From: Bdellovibrionota bacterium
GTDB lineage: Bacteria; Bdellovibrionota; FAC87; UBA2466
Length of the DNA stretch: 60,977 nt
Assembly (NCBI GenBank): GCA_041736915.1
Contig: JBGSST010000158.1
Coordinates: forward strand, 1-60,977
Direction: 5' to 3'
Of the stretch, positions 1 to 9,101 are shown piece after piece. Position 1 is the stretch's first letter. Each line of letters starts with the position of its first letter. The position numbers and the translations under genes are program-made. The notes under the pieces were generated by a model. The model was not told the origin of the DNA. It worked only from the letters and a program-made list of their open reading frames with translations, and did not search any database.

Positions 1-11
1 CACCGCCCCCT

Positions 12-32
12 AAAAGGGGCCAACCCCCTTTT
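12..32 (-). terminator. Hairpin just downstream of the Sco-like gene (possible intrinsic terminator)
   Basis: AAAAGGGG-CCAAC-CCCCTTTT forms an 8-bp perfect stem with a 5-nt loop, 5 nt past the stop of the minus-strand ORF ending at 38. The T-run is part of the stem, so it is weak as a canonical terminator. Confidence 0.3.
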
Positions 33-37
33 GGGAA

Positions 38-634
38 TCAGTAAACTTCGCGGATTAGCTTTTTGGCGTCGCGGATCAGCTGCTTAACTTCCTGATCTTG
101 GTTGGCGTCGTAGTAGCCACGGATGCGCGCGCGGGAGTCGACCAGCACCAGCTTTTCGCTGTGGATGATGTCGCCCTTTTCTTCCGTGCTCGAAAGCCTA
201 AAACCGTTGCGCACCAGCGACTGAATGTCGTTCTCCGGCCCCGTCAAAAAGAGCCACTTGTACGGATCGGCATCGTACTTCAGCGCGTACTCGCGCAGGG
301 TCTTGGCATCGTCACGCTTGGGGTCCACGGAAATCGAAACTAGGCGCAGATTCTCTTTGAACCGCAGCTTGCTCTGAATGCTGCGCATCTTGGCCGAGAT
401 GATGGGGCATTGGCCGCCGCAGCTCGTGAAGATGAAGCTCGCGATCCAAACCTTGTTCTCGAGGTTCTTCTCGCTGTACTTGTCGCCGCTACGCTCGATG
501 AGGTCGAACGCCGGAACGGTGCCGTAGATCGGCAGCTTCTTCTCTTCGAAACTTTTCGAAACGGAGAGAACGCCCACCGCGATCACCGGCATCAAAAATA
601 GAATCACCAGTACGTGTCCAAAGCGGAACTTCAT
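38..634 (-). CDS. Sco1/SenC-family copper chaperone (thioredoxin fold)
   Basis: 198-aa ORF with an N-terminal membrane anchor, the Sco CxxxC signature (FTSCGGQCP) and the downstream conserved His (IIHSEK). There is a 4-nt overlap with the upstream permease gene. Confidence 0.85.
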   Translation of the reverse strand: MKFRFGHVLVILFLMPVIAVGVLSVSKSFEEKKLPIYGTVPAFDLIERSGDKYSEKNLENKVWIASFIFTSCGGQCPIISAKMRSIQSKLRFKENLRLVSISVDPKRDDAKTLREYALKYDADPYKWLFLTGPENDIQSLVRNGFRLSSTEEKGDIIHSEKLVLVDSRARIRGYYDANQDQEVKQLIRDAKKLIREVY

Positions 635-1410
635 GTTCTAACCTCCGTAGTTTTCGAAACCACCCAGGCTCCCAAGCCCAGGAACAAAAAACCAAATGCG
701 ACCGTTACGGCAAGTGAGCCCGCGGCGCCCATGACGAACGGAATCTCAAATCCGTACAAACCAGTCTTCAGCACGGTAAGCCCGTAGGACAGCGGATTCA
801 CCAGCATCAGCCCCTTGAGTACGGCCGAGGCTTTATCGAACGGAAAGAACGCCCCCGACAGCAGCCACAGCGGCATCAGCACTACGTTCATGATGGAATG
901 AAAACCCTGTACCGAGTCCAGCTTCCACGCGAAGAAAAAACCCAGGGCGGACAGGGCAAACGACAGCGCCACGATTCCGGCCACGGCGATCCAGATGTGG
1001 GCGTGGAAAATAGGAATGCCCGCTACCGGCGCCAGCATGAGAAACAGCGTTCCCTGTAGCGTCGCGATCAGCGTGGTGCCCCACACTTTGCCGCCAACGA
1101 GCGCGGAGGCTGGCAAGGGCGACACGCGCACGGATTGCAGAAAGCCCAAATGCCGATCCTCGATGACCGAGATGTTCGAGAATATCGATGTAAACAGCAC
1201 TACCATCGCGATCATGCCGGGGAAGAAATACTCGAGGTAACCCTGCATCAGTGGCGTGGCGGGGGTGGGCAGCGCCGAGCCGAGCCCTCCGCCCAGAAAA
1301 ATCCAGAACACCAGCGGCGAAACGAGGCTGCCGATCAAACGGCTGCGTTGCCGGTAAAACCGTTTCAGCTCGCGAATCGCCAATACGCTCTGGGCTTCGA
1401 GGGTATTCAC
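631..1410 (-). CDS. ABC-2 type exporter permease
   Basis: 259-aa polytopic ORF (about 6 hydrophobic segments). Its start overlaps the stop of the ABC ATPase by 4 nt. Confidence 0.75.
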   Translation of the reverse strand: MNTLEAQSVLAIRELKRFYRQRSRLIGSLVSPLVFWIFLGGGLGSALPTPATPLMQGYLEYFFPGMIAMVVLFTSIFSNISVIEDRHLGFLQSVRVSPLPASALVGGKVWGTTLIATLQGTLFLMLAPVAGIPIFHAHIWIAVAGIVALSFALSALGFFFAWKLDSVQGFHSIMNVVLMPLWLLSGAFFPFDKASAVLKGLMLVNPLSYGLTVLKTGLYGFEIPFVMGAAGSLAVTVAFGFLFLGLGAWVVSKTTEVRT

Positions 1411-2327
1411 TGTACCTCCGCGTAGCGGCGGCCGGTTCGCTGAAAAAACAGATCGGCCAAAGTTGGCTTGCCGAGGGTCAGGTTTCGCACCTGGGCTTTG
1501 AACTGCGACAAGATCTTCTCGATGACCTCACCCGCCTCATTCGTTTCGAGGTGAACTTGTCCGTCGGTCAGCTTCGCATTGAGCCCCAAGCCGATCAGAT
1601 ACGCCAGCAGGGAGTCCGGAGCATCCGCCTGCACACTGAGTACGTTGCCGCCAAGCTCCGCACGCAATGCCGTGGGGCTGCCCGCCACCACGATCTTTCC
1701 CTGATCCATGAACACCACCTGGTCAGCGGCCTGCGCTTCCTCGATGAGGTGGGTGGTGAAAAACAAAGTCATGCCCTTGCGGCGTTTCAGATCGTCGATG
1801 AGGTCCCAGATCTCTTTGCGTGCGCCGGGGTCGAGGCTCGACGTGGGTTCGTCCATCAAAAGCAGCTCGGGCTCTACTAGACAGGCCCGGGCGATCTCTA
1901 AACGGCGCTTCAGGCCGCCGGACAAAGTAGCCACCATCTCGCCGGCGCGTTCAGCGAGGCCGATGAACTTCAGCCACTCGCCGATCCGGGCTTCGCGTTC
2001 GCGGCGGGGAATGCCGTAGAGGCTCGCCTGACACCATAAATTTTCTTTCACCGTCAGCTTGGGATCGAGCGCGGGGTTTTGAAAGACGATGCCGATCTTA
2101 CGGCGGGTCTCCAGATCCGATACGTCGTTACCGAAGACCTTGACCGTGCCCGAGGTGGGCCGCGCCAGCGTCGTCAGTAGCCGGAAGAGCGTGCTCTTGC
2201 CGCCGCCGTTGGGTCCCATCAGCGCGTACGAGCTGCCCTTGGCCACATTCAGCGAAACACCGTCGAGCGCACGACCGCCGCCCGTATACGAGTAAACGAC
2301 CGAATCGATGGCGATGGCCGGCGTCAC
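1407..2327 (-). CDS. ABC transporter ATP-binding protein
   Basis: Walker A GPNGGGKST, signature LSGGLKRR, Walker B LLLMDEPT. The ORF track extends to 2669, but that extension overlaps ctaB in another frame. A GTG at 2327 abuts the ctaB stop and begins the conserved core (VTPAIAIDSVVYSY). Confidence 0.85.
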   Translation of the reverse strand: MTPAIAIDSVVYSYTGGGRALDGVSLNVAKGSSYALMGPNGGGKSTLFRLLTTLARPTSGTVKVFGNDVSDLETRRKIGIVFQNPALDPKLTVKENLWCQASLYGIPRREREARIGEWLKFIGLAERAGEMVATLSGGLKRRLEIARACLVEPELLLMDEPTSSLDPGARKEIWDLIDDLKRRKGMTLFFTTHLIEEAQAADQVVFMDQGKIVVAGSPTALRAELGGNVLSVQADAPDSLLAYLIGLGLNAKLTDGQVHLETNEAGEVIEKILSQFKAQVRNLTLGKPTLADLFFQRTGRRYAEVQ

Positions 2328-3214
2328 GCGATATCCCAAATCATCGCGGCACCCCACAACGGCAGGTAAAGCAAAGAAGCGAAGAACAGCTTGCGCGCGG
2401 AAGCGCGATCGCGATGCTTGGCGAAGTGGAGGGTGTACAAAAAGAACGTGGCCCCCAGTGCGAGCGCCGACCAAAAATAGAACGGTCCACCCAAGCCCCA
2501 AAATACCGGCGGTACGAGGCTCGCGGGAATCAGCGCAAAGGCGTAGATGGCTCCCCACCACGCCGTCCACTCGCCATCGCGATCCAAAACCGTCAGCACC
2601 GGGAACTCGCCCTTGGCGTACTCGTCGCGGTACATGAACGCGATTGAGAGAAAATGCGGAACCTGCCACAGGAACAACACGCCGAATAGAATGATGCCCC
2701 AGCCACCCATGCGGCCCGTGGCCGCGGTCCAGCCCATCAGCGGCGGCATCGCGCCGGGAATCGCACCGACCAAAGTCGACAGCGAGCTCACGCGCTTGGC
2801 CGGCGTATAGATGCCCAAATAAAACAGCAAGGTCATCGCACCCAGCACGGCAGTGAGCGCGTTGGCGGCGAGCAGAAGCGTGAAGAAGCCGACGAACGAA
2901 ACGAACACCCCAAACGCCAAGGCCGTTTCCGGAGCCATGCGGCCCGTAGGCAGAGGACGATTTGCCGTCCGGCGCATCAGCTTATCGGTTTCGCGCTCCA
3001 CGTACTGATTCAGCGCACCGCTACCGGCGGCCAATAGCCCCAGCCCGACGAGCGTGAAGGTAAAGCGCATCCACTCGCCATCGATACTACCGCCCGTGCG
3101 GAAACCAATGGCGGCCATCACCAACGCCAGCGCCGACAAGCGCGGCTTGCACAGCTCCATGTAGTCGGAAAAACGCGGATTCAAATCGGCGTGAACTAAA
3201 GTTGCGGTACTCAC
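2324..3214 (-). CDS. ctaB: Protoheme IX farnesyltransferase (heme O synthase)
   Basis: 296-aa polytopic UbiA-superfamily protein with a typical CyoE/CtaB N-terminus (YMELCKPRLS). It overlaps the stop of the upstream heme A synthase gene by 4 nt. Confidence 0.9.
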   Translation of the reverse strand: MSTATLVHADLNPRFSDYMELCKPRLSALALVMAAIGFRTGGSIDGEWMRFTFTLVGLGLLAAGSGALNQYVERETDKLMRRTANRPLPTGRMAPETALAFGVFVSFVGFFTLLLAANALTAVLGAMTLLFYLGIYTPAKRVSSLSTLVGAIPGAMPPLMGWTAATGRMGGWGIILFGVLFLWQVPHFLSIAFMYRDEYAKGEFPVLTVLDRDGEWTAWWGAIYAFALIPASLVPPVFWGLGGPFYFWSALALGATFFLYTLHFAKHRDRASARKLFFASLLYLPLWGAAMIWDIA

Positions 3215-4134
3215 GCCATCACCCGTTTCATCTCTTCATGGTGTTCGGAACGCCACACGAGGGCGGTCAGGATCACCGAGGTTGCCAAACAAAGCGCGCC
3301 CACCACGAGATGAGCGGTCGTCAGCGGAATGGGACGCTTCAGCCAGATTATGAACGAGCCAAGCATCACCTGAATCGACAACAGCGTAAGCAAAGCGCCG
3401 CCCACCGTTATCAGAGTAAGCTGCTGTACCTGGTGTTTGAAGATACGCATTACGACAAAGATGCTACCCAGCGTGACTACGATGGCGCCGATCCGGTGCG
3501 CGTAGTGAACCGCCACGGGAAACGTGAACACGGGCGGAATCAAGCCACCGAACACGAGGGGAAAATCAGGAATCGCCAGCCCCGCGCGATGGTGGCGCAT
3601 GGTCGCCCCCAAGATGAGCTGCAAAAAGAACAAGGCGTTTAGTCCCGCGCACAACGTTGTCAGCGATACGCCGTCCGTCTTCGCCCACGGCTCTGGCTGT
3701 TTGGCCCAGAAGCGGGTCGTGGTCAGGGCCATCAGAACGGAGATCGAAAAAAAGATCTGCGCCAGACAAGCGTGCGAGATCGAAACCGCCGCCGGCAGTT
3801 TCAACAGCACCGTCAATCCACCGAGCAAGGCCTGCGTGATCACCACCGCGACCGAAGCGATCGACAAGCGCTTTACTCCGCGCCGAGGCTCATTCGTTTG
3901 GATCGCCCAGCAGAGGCCAAACGTGAGCAGGGCGACCGCGCCCGCCACCATCCGGTGGCCGTGCTCGTAAAAAACTCCGCCCGTCATCTCGGGAAAGAAC
4001 TGTCCGAACGAGAGTGGCCAGTCCGGAACGGCGAGACCCGAACCGGTACTCGTTACCAAAGCACCTGCCGCCAATAGAAAGACCGTCGCCAAAACGACCG
4101 TTATCGCGAAACGATTTACCCACACCGGGGCCAT
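3211..4134 (-). CDS. ctaA: Heme A synthase (COX15/CtaA family)
   Basis: Polytopic protein with His residues in TM segments (HGHRMVAG, SISHACLA, MRHHRAGLA, HYAHRIGA). ATG at 4134 was chosen (MAPVWVNRFAI...). The longer track ORF to 4389 adds an Arg/Cys-rich, non-protein-like extension. Confidence 0.8.
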   Translation of the reverse strand: MAPVWVNRFAITVVLATVFLLAAGALVTSTGSGLAVPDWPLSFGQFFPEMTGGVFYEHGHRMVAGAVALLTFGLCWAIQTNEPRRGVKRLSIASVAVVITQALLGGLTVLLKLPAAVSISHACLAQIFFSISVLMALTTTRFWAKQPEPWAKTDGVSLTTLCAGLNALFFLQLILGATMRHHRAGLAIPDFPLVFGGLIPPVFTFPVAVHYAHRIGAIVVTLGSIFVVMRIFKHQVQQLTLITVGGALLTLLSIQVMLGSFIIWLKRPIPLTTAHLVVGALCLATSVILTALVWRSEHHEEMKRVMA

Positions 4135-4150
4135 GGAACTACTCCTAAAA

Positions 4151-4474
4151 CTACGGGCCTGAAGGACCTGTTTTCGAACCAGCGGCGTCGAACGCCGGAA
4201 GCGGGCTCGAAGGCGTTTTATTAATCGCCGGGTAGACCTTCTTTTTGTAGTACATCGGACGGCCCGTGGATTCACGGGGCCTTGAGGCAAACACGAGAGC
4301 AAAACAAAGCAGCAGACCCAAGGTCCAAAAAATTTGAAGGCGGCTCTCGTCGGGCGAGAACGAAACACCCCGCCCAGCGGCGAGCGCACGTTTCCGCACG
4401 ACTAACTCTAAAAACAAAACTCCCAGGAGCAGAGCCCCCAGGAGTCCGTAAAAGATGATCTTGTACTCGGTCAC
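4151..4474 (-). CDS. Small two-TM membrane protein, unknown function
   Basis: 107-aa ORF with two hydrophobic helices. It is packed between the cupredoxin gene (stop 4478) and ctaA in the same operon. Composition and position are the only support. Confidence 0.4.
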   Translation of the reverse strand: MTEYKIIFYGLLGALLLGVLFLELVVRKRALAAGRGVSFSPDESRLQIFWTLGLLLCFALVFASRPRESTGRPMYYKKKVYPAINKTPSSPLPAFDAAGSKTGPSGP

Positions 4475-4477
4475 TTA

Positions 4478-5179
4478 TCAGCCTTGACCGCCGAAGCTGA
4501 ACTCAACCGGAGCGGCGGCGCCAGCATCCGTCACCGTGACCTTGGCGGTCTTGGTGCCGAGCTTTTCGTGCCATGCTTCCAGCGTGTACTCGCCGTTCGG
4601 AAGGTTAGCGATGCTGAAGGAACCATTGGCGTCGGTGACCGCGTACCACGGGTGATCCAGCACGCCGACATAAGCGGTCATCCAGCCGTGAACGTCGCAC
4701 TTCACGCGAATCATCGTCTCGGGCTTGGCGAACGATTTTTCGATCTTCTGACCCTTGGTCGCCATGCCCATGTTGAAGCCGGGGTTAGTCTTCGGCATCG
4801 CGTGCACATTGTGCAGCGTGGGATCGCTGTTCAGGATCTGAATCGTCTGGCCCGTGCGCACGCCAAACACGTGCGGATTGTAAACGCAGCCCGCTTGGTC
4901 GAAAACGATCGGAGCCGGCTTTTCCGCCGGGATCGCTTCTTTCTTCACGCTTTCTTTAACGTAGACGAAAACGTTCGCCAGATCGCCTTTGGCCGAGACG
5001 ACGACGTCGCCCTTCGGCACCGGCTTGGCGTTGGCTTTTTTGCAAACCGGATCGGCGTCCATTTTCACATTGGCTTGCGCCGGAGCCTTGCCTTTGAAAA
5101 CGGCTTTGCCGGCGAGATTGGCGCCGAAAGCGGGTAGCGCGAAGGCACCCAGAAGAACGAGAGCTTGAGTGTATTTCAT
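4478..5179 (-). CDS. Secreted type-1 (blue) copper protein fused to a carboxypeptidase-regulatory-like beta-sandwich
   Basis: Signal peptide from ATG 5179 (MKYTQALVLLGAFALPAFGA). Copper-ligand pattern: His in LHNVHAM, then C-x2-H-x2-M (CDVHGWM), as in amicyanin-type cupredoxins. The C-terminal VTDANGSFSIANLPNGEYTLEAW motif is typical of CarboxypepD_reg-like domains. Confidence 0.75.
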   Translation of the reverse strand: MKYTQALVLLGAFALPAFGANLAGKAVFKGKAPAQANVKMDADPVCKKANAKPVPKGDVVVSAKGDLANVFVYVKESVKKEAIPAEKPAPIVFDQAGCVYNPHVFGVRTGQTIQILNSDPTLHNVHAMPKTNPGFNMGMATKGQKIEKSFAKPETMIRVKCDVHGWMTAYVGVLDHPWYAVTDANGSFSIANLPNGEYTLEAWHEKLGTKTAKVTVTDAGAAAPVEFSFGGQG

Positions 5180-5288
5180 TGAAAATACCCTTTCTTGATG
5201 AAGTTCAATTTGTGGGGATCTTATAGGAGCGGACCCCCTGACTTGCAACCCTTGATTTTAAAGGATTTCGGGCAGATCGCTAGCTGCG

Positions 5289-6914
5289 TTACCCTTTGAA
5301 AGGCACTGCGGCAATCGGCATGCGACGCCCTGTTCCAAAAGCTTGGGAGGTGACCCGCAAAGCCGGCGGCAGCTGGCGCCGTTTGTACTCTGACGCCCCG
5401 TATAGACGGTAGAAGGTTTCCCAATCCTTACCCTTCGCCGGCGGCATCACGCCCTCTTCGACCACTTTTTGAACCTGTTTGTCCAGAACGGGGTAGGGCG
5501 GGAGGCTGTCCTGGTCTTTTTGATTCGGCCGAAGCTCCGCCGTGGGCGGGCGTTCCAGGATACTGGGCGGGATCAAGACCTCACCGACATTATAGTAACG
5601 GGCCAGGCGGTAGACATCGTCTTTAACCAGGTCGCCCAGCAGGGCCAAAGCGCCGGCGCTGTCGCCGTACAGGGTGGCGTACCCCATGGCGATCTCGCTC
5701 TTGTTGCTGGTGTTGAGCAGAAGCCGGTTGCCCTTGTTGGCCATGGCCATGAGCCAGGTCATACGGATGCGGGGCTGCAGGTTCTCGTGGGACACGCCCA
5801 CCAGGGGTTGCCCCTCACTCTCCAGCCACTGGCGCTCGTACTGGGCCAGCACGGGCTCGATGGAGATGGTCTGAGTTTCGATGCCCAGCCGGCCACCCAG
5901 CTCGATGGCGTCTTTCAAACTGGCGTTGGAGGTAAAACGGGTGGGCAGCAAAATTCCGAGCACGTTGGCTTCGCCCAGGGCGCGTACGGCGATGCAGGCC
6001 GCCACCGCGCTATCGATGCCGCCGCTCAGTCCCAGTATCACGCGCGCCACGCCGGTCTTTTTGGCGTAGTCGCGAAGCCCCATTTCGAGGGCCATGGCGA
6101 TCCACGCTTCGCGTTTTTTCGGCAGCTTGGCGATCTTGCCGGGCGTTTTCACGTCGTTGACCAGCAGAGCCTCTTCGAAGGCCGGCGCCAACGCCAGCAC
6201 TTCACCCTTGGCCGAAACGATGACGCTGCCGCCGTCGAAAAGAATCTCGTCGTTGGCGCCGACCTGGCTGCAGTACACCACCGCGACTTTGTTCTTCTTG
6301 GCAATCTGACAAAGCATCTGGGTGCGATCGGCCGGTTTACCGACGTGAAACGGTGAGGCGGACAGATTCAGCAGCACGTCCACCTTTCGCTTTTTCAGCA
6401 CGGTCAGCGGATCGTGTTCGTAAGGACGGTGCAGGTGATCGGTGTGGTTCCAAATCTCTTCGCAGATGCTGACGGCGAATCGGACCTTGTCCTGCTCGAA
6501 CACCAGCAGGTGATGATCGCCGGCTTCGAAGTAACGTTCTTCGTCGAAGATGTTGTAATAGGGCAGCAACGTCTTGCGGTAGACCGCTTCGATTTTTTTG
6601 TTCCGGATGAGCGCGGCGGAGTTGAAAAACGGTTTGCCCACTTTAGACGGATTGGGCTCCACGAAACCCACGACGATGGTGATGTCGCTAGATAGCTTGG
6701 TGATCGCTTTCAGCGCGTCGAGGTTTCCCTGCACGAAAGAGTCGTAGTTGAGCAGGTCACGCGGCGGGTAGCCGGTGGTGTACAGCTCGGGAAAAACCAA
6801 AAGCGTGGCCCCCTGCTTCTTGGCTTGGGCGACGGCCTGCTGCGCTTTTTCGATTTGCTTCGAGAAGGCACCGATTTTGGGATTGAGCTGAGCGACCGCT
6901 ACCTTCAACGACAT
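5289..6914 (-). CDS. nadE: Glutamine-dependent NAD+ synthetase
   Basis: 541 aa. N-terminal CN-hydrolase/glutaminase domain plus a C-terminal NAD synthetase domain with the PP-loop SGGIDS. Confidence 0.9.
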   Translation of the reverse strand: MSLKVAVAQLNPKIGAFSKQIEKAQQAVAQAKKQGATLLVFPELYTTGYPPRDLLNYDSFVQGNLDALKAITKLSSDITIVVGFVEPNPSKVGKPFFNSAALIRNKKIEAVYRKTLLPYYNIFDEERYFEAGDHHLLVFEQDKVRFAVSICEEIWNHTDHLHRPYEHDPLTVLKKRKVDVLLNLSASPFHVGKPADRTQMLCQIAKKNKVAVVYCSQVGANDEILFDGGSVIVSAKGEVLALAPAFEEALLVNDVKTPGKIAKLPKKREAWIAMALEMGLRDYAKKTGVARVILGLSGGIDSAVAACIAVRALGEANVLGILLPTRFTSNASLKDAIELGGRLGIETQTISIEPVLAQYERQWLESEGQPLVGVSHENLQPRIRMTWLMAMANKGNRLLLNTSNKSEIAMGYATLYGDSAGALALLGDLVKDDVYRLARYYNVGEVLIPPSILERPPTAELRPNQKDQDSLPPYPVLDKQVQKVVEEGVMPPAKGKDWETFYRLYGASEYKRRQLPPALRVTSQAFGTGRRMPIAAVPFKG

Positions 6915-6917
6915 ATC

Positions 6918-7499
6918 CTACGGCTCCACGTCCCCGGTCGGCTCTCCCGCGGGAGCTTCGGCCTTGGCCGGAGCATTGCGCGTGGGGGTAAAAGTTTTTT
7001 CGAACTCTTCCGGAGAAAGGCCACCTTCCTCCCAGAGGCTTCTCATATAGGGCTCGCGGGCCTGAAGCCAAGCGGATTGCTCTTCCACGATCTCGGGAGC
7101 CCCCTGCAGCATGGGAAAGTACCGAACGAAGTGCGATTCATCGCGGTTGGGCTGAAAGCGGGAGATCCAGGGGAAGACGCTCGGAAAGGTCACGGCCAAA
7201 CCCAAAATTAGCAGAATCGGCACCAGCGTGGTCAGCGTGGCGCGCGACACTTTGGCGCTCGACAGCCACGTGCGCTTACCCGACAGCGAAGCCTCGGCCA
7301 CGCGCAGAGAGAGCTCGTGCGACACTCCGGGCGAGGTCACCATCGCGAGAATCTCGCGCACCTGGCGGACCTCTTTTTCGATACCGCGGCAGGGTAGGCA
7401 GCCTTCGACGTGGCCCTTGATCTCGTCGTGGCGGCCCGCCGGCAAAAGCGCTTCGATATAGTCGGAAAGCAGGCTCTGGCAGAAAAAACAGCTCATCAT
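6918..7499 (-). CDS. Anti-sigma factor (zf-HC2 type), single-pass membrane protein
   Basis: N-terminal H-x3-C-x2-C motif (HVEGCLPC) preceded by C-x2-C..., plus a central TM segment. Its start overlaps the stop of the upstream sigma gene by 4 nt. Confidence 0.7.
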   Translation of the reverse strand: MMSCFFCQSLLSDYIEALLPAGRHDEIKGHVEGCLPCRGIEKEVRQVREILAMVTSPGVSHELSLRVAEASLSGKRTWLSSAKVSRATLTTLVPILLILGLAVTFPSVFPWISRFQPNRDESHFVRYFPMLQGAPEIVEEQSAWLQAREPYMRSLWEEGGLSPEEFEKTFTPTRNAPAKAEAPAGEPTGDVEP

Positions 7500-8089
7500 A
7501 GAACGGTCTCTCTCGTCGTCTCTTTACGGCGCGAATCGGAGGTCGCCAGAACTTTGGGGCCGTGAAATTTTTCGGCGCACTCGCGGCGTCCGCGATGTAG
7601 CCGCTGGCGGTAAACGCCCCAGCGTAGACCAAGGATCTGCGCCGACTCTTCATCTTCGAACTTCAGCAGGTCGCGCAGCACGAGCGGAAAACGGAAATCC
7701 GGCTCGAGCAGTTTCAGGCGGTCGACGATGGTCTGCGCCCAGTCCCGTTCGCCCTTCAGCTTGTTCCACTCGCTAATGAGATCGGTTTCAATTTTGGGGA
7801 AGTAACGGGTGTCGCGTCCCAAGCCGCTCTCGGCGGGGTTCATCAGGCCGTGGCGCTCGATGTGACCACGCGCCAGCTGGAACAGCACCAGCTGCTTCTC
7901 GAACGGATTATTTCCCGCCTCCGCCCCCCACAGTTTTTTGTGGGAATCGCCAAAGTCGCGAAAAATCTCGAGCAGCAGGTCGTCGCAGTCCTTCGGGGCC
8001 ACCCCCATGAAGTAGCAAAAGTCGTAGATTCTCCGCTCGTTTTCCTTAACGAATTCACGCAGGTCGGAAGAAGATTTTCGCGCGGCCAT
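7496..8089 (-). CDS. ECF-type RNA polymerase sigma factor
   Basis: 197 aa. The C-terminal sigma-4 HTH-like segment (ESAQILGLRWGVYRQRLHRGRRE) and the coupling to a zf-HC2 anti-sigma gene support the call. The sigma-2 region is divergent. Confidence 0.65.
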   Translation of the reverse strand: MAARKSSSDLREFVKENERRIYDFCYFMGVAPKDCDDLLLEIFRDFGDSHKKLWGAEAGNNPFEKQLVLFQLARGHIERHGLMNPAESGLGRDTRYFPKIETDLISEWNKLKGERDWAQTIVDRLKLLEPDFRFPLVLRDLLKFEDEESAQILGLRWGVYRQRLHRGRRECAEKFHGPKVLATSDSRRKETTRETVL

Positions 8090-8229
8090 GATCCATCATT
8101 TATATACCGGCGGCCGTTGACGGGCCAGTGCGCACTTTGATGCTACTGGGCAAAACCCGATAGACAAACCCGTGGCTGGCTGCGTACGTTGGGCGCGGCT
8201 CTACAGGGAGCCATGGCGGGGAGGCCAGC

Positions 8230-9033
8230 ATGGTTTGGAAGGTCGGGGTCATCAACACACTTTGGATTGCTTTGCTGTTCGTCACTCCGGGGCACGCGCA
8301 GAACGGACGGCAGAACCTGGACGAGACGGTTCTCTTCCGTTGGCTCTCCAAGGAAGATCGCTTTACGCAGGTTGCCCCTCACGAAGTGCAACCCAAAAAC
8401 CTTTACCTGCGCTGGGACAATCGCGAGCAAAGGTACGTCTGGGTTACCGGCGACAACCGCCACATGATTTTGAGCAAGTCGAAGGTGCAGGGAGGCCGCA
8501 TCGGCCATGCCGGCCAGAACGCCCGCAACTGGTTCGTGTACAACGAGCTGGATTATCCCCCGTGGAAGAAAAACACCGAGCGCACCCGGCCCGAGGTATG
8601 GCGCTGGGATCCGACGCGCGTGGTGGGTGGCTCGTGGACTACCGGCACCTACGTCTCGGAGCGGGCCGCGGTGGGGTGGGAGAGCTGGGGCGGTGAGCTG
8701 GACCCGATTTCGGTGCCGTTGCCACCTATTGTTGAGCCGCCGGTGAAGCCTCCCGTGACTCCCCCGACCAACGAGTTGAGTTGCACGATCCAGGGGCCGA
8801 CCTCGGCCATGCTGGGCTCCTCGGTGGTCCTCACGATGACGACCACGGGGCCGGTGAAGTCGGCCATGCTCAACGGAGCCGCGGTCGATTTTCCCTTGGT
8901 GATGCGTATGTGGACGGTGGAAAAAGATCTCGTGAGCACGTCGACCCCCGACAAGATTACAATCGTCGGATCCGTACGGGGCGAGCGTAATTTAAGTGCC
9001 GACTGCCGGCTCGAAGTGCGCATTACGCGCTAG
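8230..9033 (+). CDS. Secreted hypothetical protein with Pro-rich linker
   Basis: 267-aa ORF with a signal peptide (LWIALLFVTPGHAQ), a PPIVEPPVKPPVTPP linker and GC3-biased coding. Confidence 0.5.
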   Translation: MVWKVGVINTLWIALLFVTPGHAQNGRQNLDETVLFRWLSKEDRFTQVAPHEVQPKNLYLRWDNREQRYVWVTGDNRHMILSKSKVQGGRIGHAGQNARNWFVYNELDYPPWKKNTERTRPEVWRWDPTRVVGGSWTTGTYVSERAAVGWESWGGELDPISVPLPPIVEPPVKPPVTPPTNELSCTIQGPTSAMLGSSVVLTMTTTGPVKSAMLNGAAVDFPLVMRMWTVEKDLVSTSTPDKITIVGSVRGERNLSADCRLEVRITR

Positions 9034-9101
9034 CGGGAACGTTTCCTTGCAGGCGTCCCAGTTTCACGTATTGTGCTTTGCGTTACAGGGTGGAGGGGTC
9101 C

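Noticed and set aside
1251-1880. 209-aa ORF antisense to the ABC permease/ATPase genes. The same class includes 4484-5137, 8172-8696 and 17107-17709.
   Set aside because: All of them overlap motif-supported genes on the other strand and have non-protein-like composition.
2328-2669. N-terminal extension of the ABC ATPase ORF (track start 2669)
   Set aside because: The extension overlaps ctaB in another frame and is Arg/Gly-rich. The conserved ATPase core begins at a GTG that abuts the ctaB stop. For the same reason I trimmed 4135-4389 (ctaA), 13610-13996 (hotdog), 16298-16381 (polyprenyl synthase), 47724-47954 (GspE-like), 51856-52170 (MFS) and 58180-58305 (P-loop).
5469-6356. 295-aa ORF antisense to nadE
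   Set aside because: It is a shadow ORF inside a confidently identified gene, with low-complexity Gly/Ala/His/Gln composition.
8090-8229. Possible sigma70/ECF promoter elements in the divergent region upstream of the sigma factor gene (TTGACG and TATAAA-like hexamers)
   Set aside because: The spacing between the candidate -35 and -10 hexamers does not fit on either strand, so the evidence is too weak to report.
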